DNA of 61,967 nt, filler included, from Nemertoderma westbladi (Eukaryota > Animalia > Xenacoelomorpha), in the NCBI GenBank assembly GCA_032718475.1. It is 2 parts of 2 records of this genome, joined end to end, with 100 filler letters (N's around TTAATTAATTAA, not from the genome) between each part and the next. Parts side by side here need not be neighbours in the genome. Positions count along the whole stretch, not along the records: positions 1 to 31,511 come from JAUCBJ010002169.1; positions 31,612 to 61,967 come from JAUCBJ010003555.1. One strand, written 5' to 3'. A program made the position numbers and the translations under genes. This document shows, piece after piece, positions 24,283 through 35,900 of the stretch. Within the stretch, counting starts at the first letter, position 1; each line of letters begins with the position of its first letter. The notes under the pieces were generated by a model that was not told where the DNA came from, made no database searches, and saw only the letters and a list, made by a program, of their open reading frames with translations.

Positions 24283-25504
24283 TGTAATAGGCAGCCAGTA
24301 GTATTGCTATAGCAACCCAGACATAACTCCAACCATACACTGCCTGTATTTCAATTCCTATTGACTCTATACTATAAATGTTGTATTACTTACTATCTCA
24401 GGTGACAGAAGATATAATGACATAAATACTCATGGCTGTTGTAGGCTTATATCTGAAATAGTTTATTCCGCAATATTTTTGTCTCGTATTTTTTAATTGA
24501 ATTTTTGCAAAGTAGTAAAATTAATGTTCTTAAAAATAATATTATTATTTTATATGTAACCTAGAAAATTATCTACATTTTTACGCTGCAGCTTTAAGAG
24601 TGTACATTTATTTAATATTATTTCAATACCCATATTAATTACTACATCGACATAAGATGCGTTGGCGTTGTATCACACATCTCCACATATCACACATCTC
24701 CACATAGATGTATCAGCAGTTACTCGCACAGTTTCTAATCTTTGCATAGTTATAACTGTATAAAGATCGTCAGTCTTGGTTTAGGAAAAATATGGGCAAA
24801 ACAGGACGAGCGACGAGCGCAACGAGGCACATAATGAAGACTAGTACTGTGTAGACTATATTCCTATTAACCATACCTGGCTTCGCATATTGAAGGCATC
24901 AGTAGTCATAAAGATCTCCCGTCAGTCTGCGTTTAGGAAATATGTGGGTGGGGGGGGGGGGGGGGGGGGGTGCAGATTAAAAGGGGTGAACACTAGGGTA
25001 GATCGAAAAAAAAAATTTGGAAATGTAACTTTTCACTATGTTAGAAATGTGTGAAATTGCCTAAAACCACAAAAAAACATCACTATCCCAATTTTTGACA
25101 ATGCATGACCCCCGCACAATTAGTTCAAACAAACAACATTTTTTACAAAACTATGTAAAATTAATTCATTTAGAAAGATTTTTTTTTTAAATATGACTTT
25201 TCCCAGTGCCAGAAGTGTCTGAAATGGCCTAAAACCACAAAAAACACAACTTTTAAAATTGTTCACACTGCATGACCCCCGCACAATTAGTGCAATGTTT
25301 TATAAAACTATGTAAAATGAAATAATTTAGACAAAATTTTTTTTAATATGAATTTTCCCATTGCTAGAAGTGTCTGAAATGACATAAAACCGCAAAAAAA
25401 CACCACTTTCCAAATTTTTTACAATGCAAGACCCCCGCACAAATAGTGCAAACAAACATCCTTTTTGAAGAACTACAAAACTATGTAATTATTAACTGTT
25501 AGTC

Positions 25505-25702
25505 GGGGGGTAAACGCTCCGCCTCCACTTACACCTACACCTACTTGTAGGCGGATAGTTTAATTTAGAATCAGCTGTTTGAGGATCAACGGTCAGATGT
25601 ATTGGCTTACCAGCAGGCCGGTACATATGTGTGTACGCGTGTGTAAGTTTTTGTAGGCGTCTGGGGGCGTGGGTGTAAGTGTAGGCGTAACGTTTACCCC
25701 CC
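25505..25702. mobile_element. 198-bp MITE with a 9-bp TSD (Mutator-like)
   Basis: TIR GGGGGGTAAACG/CGTTTACCCCCC with flanks CTGTTAGTC/CTGTTAGAC. It is absent from the mirror arm at ~27750-27770. Confidence 0.85.
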
Positions 25703-26119
25703 CTGTTAGACTGTGGGTAGCAGGATCCTCATTTACCAACCCAAATCCACCATGGCCGGAAATGCTTTATAAATTACAACTTTTTAACTTCCAAAGATTA
25801 GGCCAACTGTTGAACTGTAAACGGAGCTGTACCTGCTAACACTTCATGTAATGCCGGCAGCAGTACACATTACATACTTATCCAACATCCATATCCACTC
25901 TGCCTCCACTTAATTTCAGTCTTAATTACCCTATATAATATACTGTATTTTGTAGTGTTTTTGTTATAAATCTCATGACACTAGAGCGGAATCAGCTTCA
26001 GTGGAAAGTTCAACTCCACTTTACGAATCTTGTCTCAGTGGATAACAGTGATAGTGCTTCGCTCTCATTCGGTAAACTTTCTGTTAACAACCGTTCAATA
26101 GTGAAGAAATATATCACTA

Positions 26120-27160
26120 ATACTACTACTACTATAATCGGCCTGCTGCATTGAAACTGCACATTGAGATGCTATGCCAGCTTATCAAAAACATTTTGTC
26201 ACCACCATGTAATCCACAATTGGCAAGCACAATGCAGCATGAATTAAGAATGCTATGCCAGCTTATCACCAAAGTTGCACCGCCACAACCTCCTACCCCC
26301 CCCCCCCCCCCCATGACTTTTGCGAAAGTCATCAAAAAAGGGTCTCAGCCCATTTTTCATAGTCCCTTCCCTTGGACTGAAGAAAGAATGAAGACTGAAG
26401 AACGAAGACTGAAGGACGAGGCCTCCTTGGTCCTTTTAGTTTCTTGGAGCCTTCGCCTAGGCCCCCTTCCTTGTTGGACCCTTCCTTCTTGGTCACCCAA
26501 TGTAAACGGTAAGCATTTTATAAACATAGCATTATATGGACATGTAAAAGGTATATGTTAACTTATGTGAATCTCGAAGCATCTACTTGACACCAACCAA
26601 TGGGCTATTCAAGTCAGGGTTTCACGATAGTCACGGGCTATCCACCATGCATATTCTCTCCATGGGGCTGCCAAAATACAAGATTGTGCACAGGCTGGTC
26701 CTCACGGCGAAAGCAATGTCCTGCAAAGCGGAGGTGGCTTTGTTCTATTGTTAAGCTTGGGGGAACCAATGGGACACCTCCAATGTTATATAGTGTCTGG
26801 TTGGAGATGTGTGTATTGTACTGGACACAATGAACCCGGCGTAGCATTCGTGTAAAAGTGCCCTCCAGAGATTTAGTGACCTCAGCAGTTAGAGCCCAGC
26901 ATGGACTCCCATACAGGAGTACTGGAACTAATGCTGCTCTAAATAATCGGACCTAAGGTTTCCGATGAATTCTGTGTGAAGTGTGACTTCGAAATCCTGG
27001 AAAGAACATCCAATACTCCCCAGCCCATGCCTCTCCCTTACGTTTAGCATAGCATTCTTAATGCATGCTGCATTGGTGGATTGCATGGTGGTGGTGGTGA
27101 CAAAATGTTTTTGATAAGACGGCAATGCAGCAGGCCGATTATAGTAGTAGTAGTAGTCAG
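26120..27160. mobile_element. RTE fragments at the centre of the foldback (minus 26120-26330 and 26590-27030; plus 27045-27160)
   Basis: ORF 26638-26847 is homologous to the RTE C-terminus. (TAC)n and (TAG)n tails lie at ~26120 and ~27150. Confidence 0.8.
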
Positions 27161-28603
27161 AGATGTACAGTATTTCTTCACTATTTAGCAATTGTTAACA
27201 GAAAGTTTACCGCATGAGAGTGGAGCACTATCACATTTATCCACTGAGACAAGATCCGAGAAGTGGGGCTGAACTTTCCACTCAAGCTGATTCCGCTCCA
27301 TAGTGTCATGAGTATTAATAACCAAAACACTACAAAATATATTTAATTCAATATAGAACATATGTACAGTATGTAGTGTAGCAGGGGATGGAAGTAGGTC
27401 TAAATATGATTAGAAAGTATATCTAGCAGCTCAGTCTAGTAGGTGGTTTAGTAATGGTAGTCTAGTAGGTGGGTTCGGCTTTTATTAAGACTGTAAGAAG
27501 CATCTTGTCTTGTGTTCGAATAAAGTGTAATTATAATTAAGACTGAAATTAAGTGGAGGCAGAGTGGATATGGATAAGTATGTAGTATGTAATGTGTACT
27601 GTTGCCGGCTCTAAAGTGTTAGCAGGTACAGCTCCGTTTGCAGTTCAACATTCTGGTTGGCCTAGTCTTTGGAGGTTAAAAAGTTGTAATTTACTGTATA
27701 GAGTATTTCCCGCCATTGTGGATTTGGGTTGGTAAATAAGGAACTGCTACCCACAGTCTAACAGTTAATAATTACATAGTTTTGTACTGTAGTTTAGCAA
27801 AAATGATGTTTGTTTGCACTATTTGTGCGTGCAGGGGTCTTGCATTGTCAAAAATTTGAAAAGTTGTGTTTTTTTGTGGTTTTAGGCCATTTCAGACACT
27901 TCTAGCACTGGGAAAAGTCATATTTAAAAAAAAAATTTCTTTCTAAATGAATTAATTTTACATGAGTTTTGTAAAAAATGTTGTTTGTTTGAACTAATTG
28001 TGCGGGGGTCATGTATTGTCAAAAATTGGGATAGTGATGTTTTTTGTGGTTTTAGGCAATTTCACACATTTCTAACATAGGGAAAAGTTAGATTTCCAAA
28101 TTTTTTTTTCGATCTACCCTAGTGAACACGTACTGTCCCCCTTTCTTTGATTGATTGGTGGTGTGGGTAAATTTCTCAAAACCTGATTTTGTGATACAGT
28201 CGCTCAATTTTAATCTGTATCTGATAACTGAGCCTCGTCCTGCGCGAAGGCCCCACGAACGTTTAATTTAATGACCACAAAAATAATGAATGTAATATTA
28301 TATCCGCACAAAGATAGATTGATACAAAATGGTTTAAAAGAATAATTTTATAAGAAGGCCCAACGGATATTTCACCAGCTACACGTAATGATATTGTTAT
28401 TTCTGTAGTCCTATGAATATTCAGCATAAAGAATTTAAAGTATAAATTGTGTAATTTAAGGTATAAAGGATGGTAGGCCTACCGAATTGCAAAATTTGTG
28501 TACCTACTGCACTGTGCTGTACTGCACTGTGCTAGGCCTATATACCTGTATACTGATATACCTACAGACCTATATCAACAACCTCTGCCCGTGAGAGGGC
28601 GCG

Positions 28604-31511
28604 ATGGCCGGCAGCCTGGACGCCTCCGCGATGAACCGGAGCATTGTTGGGCACTCCTCCTGCCCACAGTGCCGCCGGGAAATCGCGGTAAACTCCGACG
28701 GGCGACTCCGTGTCCACGGACCGCTCGCCAGTAGGTGTCCAGGCTCGCGTACCCCCACCGGAACTGTACTCCCTTCATCTCTCCGTCCTCCTCCTCCTAC
28801 ATCTACACCTCCACCCACTACTTCCACCCGTGTTCCTCTACCTCCTACATCTACACCTCCACCCACTACTTCCACCCCTATTCCTCTACCACCGTGCCCC
28901 CCGACTTTCGACTGGGCCACCCTTGGGGAGTGGGATGTCTTGGCGCGGCTGCGGAACTGCAAACAACGGCAGCTGCGCCACGTCCCCAGGGCCGCGCGTT
29001 CCAACTTTGCAGACCTCCTCGCTGACATCCTCGGGGAGGTAGCCACGCGGCCCAACGAGCCCCAGGGGTGGCTTAAACTACTGACCGTCAGCCACCACTG
29101 CCTCGCTACGCCCAAACGAGGGGGTCGGCGCCACACTCGGTCACTCGCTGCCACAATCAACGCGCGAGTGGCCGCCTTCCGTGCCGACCCCTTCGCGGAC
29201 TCTAACTCCCCCGCCCCCCCAACTGCCACGAAGAAGCGTGGTGGTGCAGAGCGACTCGCGACGGCCGTAGCCGAAAAGATCGAGGACTCTGACGTGAAGG
29301 GCGCCATCCGGTTGGCATCCTCAGCAGACTCACTTGCGCCCAACACGCCGGAGACACTGGAGGCGTTGCGGAAGAAACACCCCGCACGGCCCGACAACCG
29401 CCGTCCAAACCCACCTCCAGTGGACCTCAACACTACGGCCTCGCCTTGTTCCTCTACTATCGCCCGCAGACTTATCCTGTCGTTCCCGAGCGGCAGTGCC
29501 GGAGGACCAGATGGGTTGCGGCCCCAAATACTCAAAGACCTGATCTCCCCCACCAACGGAGAGGCCGCGGCCCGTCTTCTACAACGACTCGCGGGATTCC
29601 TAAACACCACCACCTCCGGAGAAGTTCCCCTCGCCATCCGCCCCACCTTCTACGGCGCGAATCTCTTCGCGTTCACGAAGACGGAGGGTGGGGTGCGCCC
29701 GATCGCCGTTGGAAACACTCTGCGGCGACTGGTGGGGAAATACTCTGGCTTCCTAGCCCAGGGACCCCGTACCTCCTCCTATGGCACTGTCCAGCTCGGG
29801 ATCGGCACCAAACTCGGCGCTGAAGCGGCGGCCCACGCAGCGAGGGCACTCTCCTCCTCCCCGAACCCACCCGGTAGTGTGTTGCTGAAGATCGACTTCA
29901 GCAACGCATTTAACTCCATCCGGCGGGATTCCATGCTCGAAGCTGTGTACCAGTGTTACCCCAGCGTGTACAACTCCACGCTGGCGGCGTACGGAGCGCC
30001 TAGCTTCCTCCTCCATGGGGAGGATACACTCCTCTCTGAGGAAGGAGTTCAGCAAGGCGATGCGGACGGACCCCGGCTTTTCGGCGACACGGTGAACCCA
30101 TTCATCCAGTCGCTGCAGTCGAGGTTTAACATCTGGTACCTAGACGACGGGAATCTCGCTGACCACTACCGGGTGGTGTTAGACGACCTCCGATCCGTCA
30201 TCCTCGAGGGAGGTCGTTGCGGACTCCGGATCAACCCCTCCAAGTCGGAACTCTTCTTCCTTGGGGAGGAATCTCCGGAGTCCCGTCTATCCATCCAACG
30301 CAGGTTCGACGAGGTCTGCGAGGGGATTCAGGTGCGCCCACTAGAAGACCTGAAGATCCTGGGCGCACCCATAGGAGACAATGCCATCGTCTCCTGTCTC
30401 GACAACAAACTCGCGGACCTCCGGACTCTCGTCTCCCGACTCCCTCTTCTCGACTCCCATCACGCCTTCTTCCTCCTGCGGTGCTCCTTCACCATTCCGC
30501 GACTGACGTACTTCCTCCGAACGGCTCCGTGTTTCGACTTCCCGGGGCTGCTGGAGGAGTACGATTCCATCCAGCGGAGCACCCTGCAGGAGATATCCAA
30601 CGTCCACCTGGACGACTCCGCGTGGGCACAATCCTGTTTGCCTGCGCGTTGCGGGGGTCTAGGACTGACCTCGGCTGTGCAGCTCGCACCTTCCGCCTTT
30701 CTGGCTTCCGCGGCTGCCTGCTCTGGACTCTCCTACTCCCTCTTTGAGTCTCCGGTGGACACCCCCTCCCCATCCCACAACCGTGCCCTCGCTGCGTGGT
30801 CAACGACTCTTGACCCTGTCGTGACCCCCGTTCCCCCGCCTCTAGCGCCACCATCCTTTACACCACCGCCACCGCCACCACACGCAACGCCACCGCCACC
30901 ATCCGCGACACCACCGCCTCCACCACCCACGACGCCACAACCCACGACGCCACCGCCACCAGCCCTGACACCACCGCCTCCACCCACGACGACGCCACCA
31001 CCCACTACGCCACCGCTACCACCCGCGACATCACCGCCACAACCCACTACGCCACCGCCACCGCCACCCCACCCACGCGACGCCATCGCCACCATCCGCG
31101 ACACCACCCACGACGCCACAACCCACGACGCCACCGCCACCAGCCCTGACACCACCGCCTCCACCCACGACGACGCCACCACCCACTACGCCACCGCTAC
31201 CACCCGCGACATCACCGCCACAACCCACTACGCCACCGCCACCGCCACCACACGCGACGCCACCGCCACCATCCGCGACACCACCCACGACGCCACAACC
31301 CACGACGCCACCGCCACCAGCCCTGACACCACCGCCTCCACCCACGACGACGCCACCACCCACTACGCCACCGCTACCACCCGCGACATCACCGCCTCCA
31401 CCCACGACGCCACAACCCACGACGCCACCGCCACCAGCCCTGACACCACCGCCTCCACCCACGACGACGCCACCACCCACTACGCCACCGCTACCACCCG
31501 CGACATCACCG
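28604..31511 (+). mobile_element. CRE-clade (CRE/SLACS/CZAR/Cnl1-like) non-LTR retrotransposon ORF, 3' part lost in the gap
   Basis: N-terminal CxxC...H...C finger. RT motifs SAGGPDGLRP, GGVRPIAVGNTLRRLVGK, GAEAA, IDFSNAFN, GVQQGD, WYLDDG, LGAPIG and GGLGL. No APE domain. Abrupt GC-rich segment. Confidence 0.85.
30860..31511. repeat. CCA/CCG/ACG-rich compound tandem repeat with ~120-180-bp higher-order units
   Basis: CAGCCCTGACACCACCGCCTCC recurs at about 30960, 31141, 31318 and 31435. Confidence 0.9.
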
Positions 31512-31611
31512 NNNNNNNNNNNNNNNNNNNNNNNNNNNNNNNNNNNNNNNNNNNNTTAATTAATTAANNNNNNNNNNNNNNNNNNNNNNNNNNNNNNNNN
31601 NNNNNNNNNNN
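31512..31611. other. Assembly gap or artificial contig linker
   Basis: 44 N, TTAATTAATTAA (stops in all six frames), 44 N; exactly 100 bp. Confidence 0.97.
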
Positions 31612-31981
31612 GATTACTTTCAAATTGTCTGTTTGGCTGTCAGGGCGGTCGGTTATGTTTTGACGGATAGACTGACAGGCTTACAGACAGGAACGGTGAC
31701 GCCAAATTTGATTACTGATATCAGGAATGAAGTCACGGACCAAGAAAACCCATATAGGAAATTTGGTTATAGAGAGATAGTATGAATTCCATTGTTTTGG
31801 AGACATACTGGCGGACACACCGACAGTAAAACGGACAGACAGCCATATCTCGAGATGTAAGACAGATCTTGCTAAACGGATTTCATATTTGGAATCTTGA
31901 TAAAAAAAATTGAAAAAATTTGAAAGCCAGTACCCTCCCCCCCCCCCCCCCCCCCCCCCCTAAATTGGTCGTTAATCGTAC

Positions 31982-32099
31982 CGGTATCTTCTTCCCAATC
32001 CGTTGTCTCCCCGGCCACTAACTGCAGTGCTGCTGCATTGGCTCTGCCTTCTAAATCATAGCTGTACTGCACCGGAGGGGATCCGTGCCTTTCTCGAAT
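31982..32099 (-). CDS. Exon 2 of a CAP/SCP (GAPR-1/PR-1-like) domain gene
   Basis: Acceptor cttgttactgttacag, then IRERHGSPPVQYSYDLEGRANAAALQLVAGETTDWEEDT-G, then donor gtacga. Phase 0 start fits exon 1. Confidence 0.7.
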
Positions 32100-32549
32100 C
32101 TGTAACAGTAACAAGTAGTTTGTTACCCTGGTTTCTTAGTACTTTATGTGATCGCAGACGGCCTGTAATATAATGTACGTGAATTTATTTCATTAATACA
32201 ATAACATTTCCAAATCGATTTCATTAACAAATTGGTTATGAAAAATAGAGACAGGGGGAAACTAAGACGCAAAACCCGCATTGGCGAATTAATATCCCGC
32301 CTCAATATTAAATTCTTATTTTATGGAAAGGAGCAGTTTTACAGTGGCACGTTAGTTAACCAAAACAATAAACTAAACACAATATAACAGGATACAGTTT
32401 TATTTTTGAGAGTAATCAGCTATTATTTGAGTCCAATTTCCCCTCGAGAGGGATGAATTTATATTGCGTCCAGTCCCCCCCCCCCCCCCCCCCCCCCCCT
32501 ATCTGGAAAAATAATACATAATCAGAAAATAACTTAACGAGGGGGTACT

Positions 32550-32960
32550 CACTCAACTACCCAAAAAACCGCTACGCACACAATAAAATAAATTCCTCCG
32601 TTGTATCTCGTTCAGTAACTCTCAAGCCTCCTCTAAGCCTCTCTTACAAATAGCTTAATATTCCCCCACTTGACCTAATGTTCAAGCTCCAGGTATCCCT
32701 GTTCAATGTTCATGTTTGATATTCATACTAACTTATTATTCTATTCCTGAACTTAGAGCCTTATTTTGTAAAACATCTCCAGTCCACAGCTACAATACTG
32801 CGGGCAGCATCTAACCACAACTTCTACACCCCTCTTGTAAGACTATCGTCCCACACAAGACACAACGTTCCATTGAGTTTTCTAGGCCCCCTCCATCTGG
32901 GAATGCTATCCCAGATGAAATTAAAATTAAATAAAAAAACAAACCAAATATTCTCAACTA
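32550..32960 (+). mobile_element. Degenerate 3' fragment of a CR1/L2-group LINE ORF2
   Basis: Frameshifted remnants VHSYNT(R)AASNHNFYTP...RSIEF.GPSIWNAIPDEIK. Confidence 0.6.
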
Positions 32961-32972
32961 GTCTCATTTGGT

Positions 32973-35900
32973 CTATAGATCAGTACGATAGGAACCTATA
33001 GATCAGTACTATATGAAGCTATAGATCAGTACTATAGGAACCTATATATCGGTACTATAAAGAACCTATAGATCAGTACTATAGGAGCCTAGATCAGTAC
33101 TATATGAACCTATAGATCAGTACTATAGGAACCTATAGATCAGTACTATAGAAACCTATAGATCAGTACTATAGGAACCTATATATCGGTACTATAAAGA
33201 ACCTATAGATCAGTACTATAAGAACCTATAGATTAGTACTATAGGAACCTATAGATCAGTACTAATGGAACCTATAGATCAGTACTATAGGAACCTATAG
33301 ATCAGTACTATAGGAACCTATAGATCAGTACTATAGGAACCTATAGATCAGTACTATAGGAACCTATAGATCAGTACTATAGGAACCTATAGATCAGTAC
33401 TATATGAACCTATAGATCAGTACTATAGGAACCTATAGATCAGTACTATAGGAACCTATAGATCAGTACTATAGGAACCTATAGATCAGTACTATAGGAA
33501 CCTATAGATCAGTACTATATGAACCTATAGATCAGTACTATATGAACCTATAGATCAGTACTATAGGAACCTATAGATCAGTACTATAGGAACCTATAGA
33601 TCAGTACTATAGGAACCTATAGATCAGTACTATATGAACCTATAGATCAGTACTATATGAACCTATAGATCAGTACTATAGGAACCTATAGATCAGTACT
33701 ATATGAACCTATAGATCAGTACTATAGGAACCTATAGATCAGTACTATAGGAACCTATAGATCAGTACTATATGAACCTATAGATCAGTACTATAGGAAC
33801 CTATAGATCAGTACTATAGGAACCTATAGATCAGTACTATAGGAACCTATAGATCAGTACTATATGAACCTATAGATCAGTACTATAGGAACCTATAGAT
33901 CAGTACTATATGAACCTATAGATCAGTACTATATGAACCTATAGATCAGTACTATAGGAACCTATAGATCAGTACTATAGGAACCTATAGATCAGTACTA
34001 TATGAACCTATAGATCAGTACTATAGGAACCTATAGATCAGTACTATAGGAACCTATAGATCAGTACTATAGGAACCTATAGATCAGTACTATATGAATC
34101 TATAGATCAGTACTATAGGAACCTATAGATCAGTACTATATGAATCTATAGATCAGTACTATATGAACCTATAGATCAGTACTATAGGAACCTATAGATC
34201 AGTACTATATGAACCTATAGATCAGTACTATAGGAACCTATAGATCAGTACTATAGGAACCTATATATCGGTAATATAGGAACCTATACATCGGTACTAT
34301 AAAGATCCTTTAGATCAGTACTATATGAACCTATAGATCAGTACTATATGAACCTATAGATCAGTACTATATTAACCTATACATCGGTACTATAAAGATC
34401 CTATAGATCAGTACTATAGGAACCTATAGATCAGTACTATAGGAACCTATATATCGGTAATATAGGAACCTATACATCGGTACTATAAAGATCCTTTAGA
34501 TCAGTACTATATGAACCTATAGATCAGTACTATATGAACCTATAGATCAGTACTATATTAACCTATACATCGGTACTATAAAGATCCTATAGATCAGTAC
34601 TATAGGAACCTATAGATCAGTACTATATGAACCTATAGATCAGTACTATAGGAACCTATAGATCGGTACTATAAAGAACCTATAGATCAGTACTATAGGA
34701 GCCTTAGATCAGTACTATATGAACCTATAGATCAGTACTATAGGAACCTATAGATCAGTACTATAGGAACCTATAGATCAGTACTATAGGAACCTATAGA
34801 TCGGTACTATAAGAACCTATAGATCAGTACTATAGAACCTATAGATCAGTACTATAGGAACCTATAGATCAGTACTATATGGAACCTATAGATCAGTACT
34901 ATAGGAACCTATAGATCAGTACTATAGGAACCTATAGATCAGTACTATAGGAACCTATAGATCAGTACTATAGGAACCTATAGATCAGTACTATAGGAAC
35001 CTATAGATCAGTACTATATGAACCTATAGATCAGTACTATAGGAACCTATAGATCAGTACTATAGGAACCTATAGATCAGTACTATAGGAACCTATAGAT
35101 CAGTACTATAGGAACCTATAGATCAGTACTATATGAACCTATAGATCAGTACTATATGAACCTATAGATCAGTACTATATGGAACCTATAGATCAGTACT
35201 ATATGGAACCTATAGATCAGTACTATAGGAACCTATAGATCAGTACTATATGAATCTATAGATCAGTACTATAGGAACCTATAGATCAGTACTATAGGAA
35301 CCTATAGATCAGTACTATATGAACCTATAGATCAGTACTATATGAACCTATAGATCAGTACTATATGAACCTATAGATCAGTACTATATGGACCTATAGA
35401 TCAGTACTATAGGAACCTATAGATCAGTACTATATGAACCTATAGATCAGTACTATAGGAACCTATAGATCAGTACTATAGGAACCTATAGATCAGTACT
35501 ATAGGAACCTATAGATCAGTACTATAGGAACCTATAGATCAGTACTATAGGAACCTATAGATCAGTACTATATGAACCTATAGATCAGTACTATATGAAC
35601 CTATAGATCAGTACTATATGAACCTATAGATCAGTACTATATGAACCTATAGATCAGTACTATATGAACCTATAGATCAGTACTATATGAACCTATAGAT
35701 CAGTACTATATGAACCTATAGATCAGTACTATAGGAACCTATAGATCAGTACTATATGAATCTATAGATCAGTACTATAGGAACCTATAGATCAGTACTA
35801 TAGGAACCTATAGATCAGTACTATAGGAACCTATAGATCAGTACTATAGGAACCTATAGATCAGTACTATAGGAACCTATAGATCAGTACTATATGAATC

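Larger units (their letters stand above)
24994..28121. mobile_element. Non-autonomous hAT-like foldback element (3.1 kb) with ~1.1-1.3-kb inverted arms
   Basis: Ends TAGGGTAGATCG...CGATCTACCCTA. The 8-bp TSD GTGAACAC is at 24986-24993 and 28122-28129. The empty site appears once in the paralogous copy at 22444-22451. Confidence 0.9.
20063..28262 (+). mobile_element. Outer Helentron/DINE-like non-autonomous element carrying nested insertions
   Basis: Starts GTGGGGCAAGCGACGAAAG followed by a CTGT-type microsatellite. Resumes at ~22585 with the core TTAATAACTC...AAACTTGGTACACA. Ends with the hairpin GCCTCG...CGAAGGCCCCACGAAC at 28260. Confidence 0.65.

Noticed and set aside
28570-31480. Antisense and alternative-frame ORFs over the CRE element (and 15047-15720 over CR1)
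   Set aside because: These are shadow ORFs of GC-rich coding or repeat sequence with no motifs.
31556-31567. TTAATTAATTAA as a real stop or PacI site ending the 987-aa ORF
   Set aside because: It is centred in a symmetric 100-bp N spacer, so it is an artificial linker.
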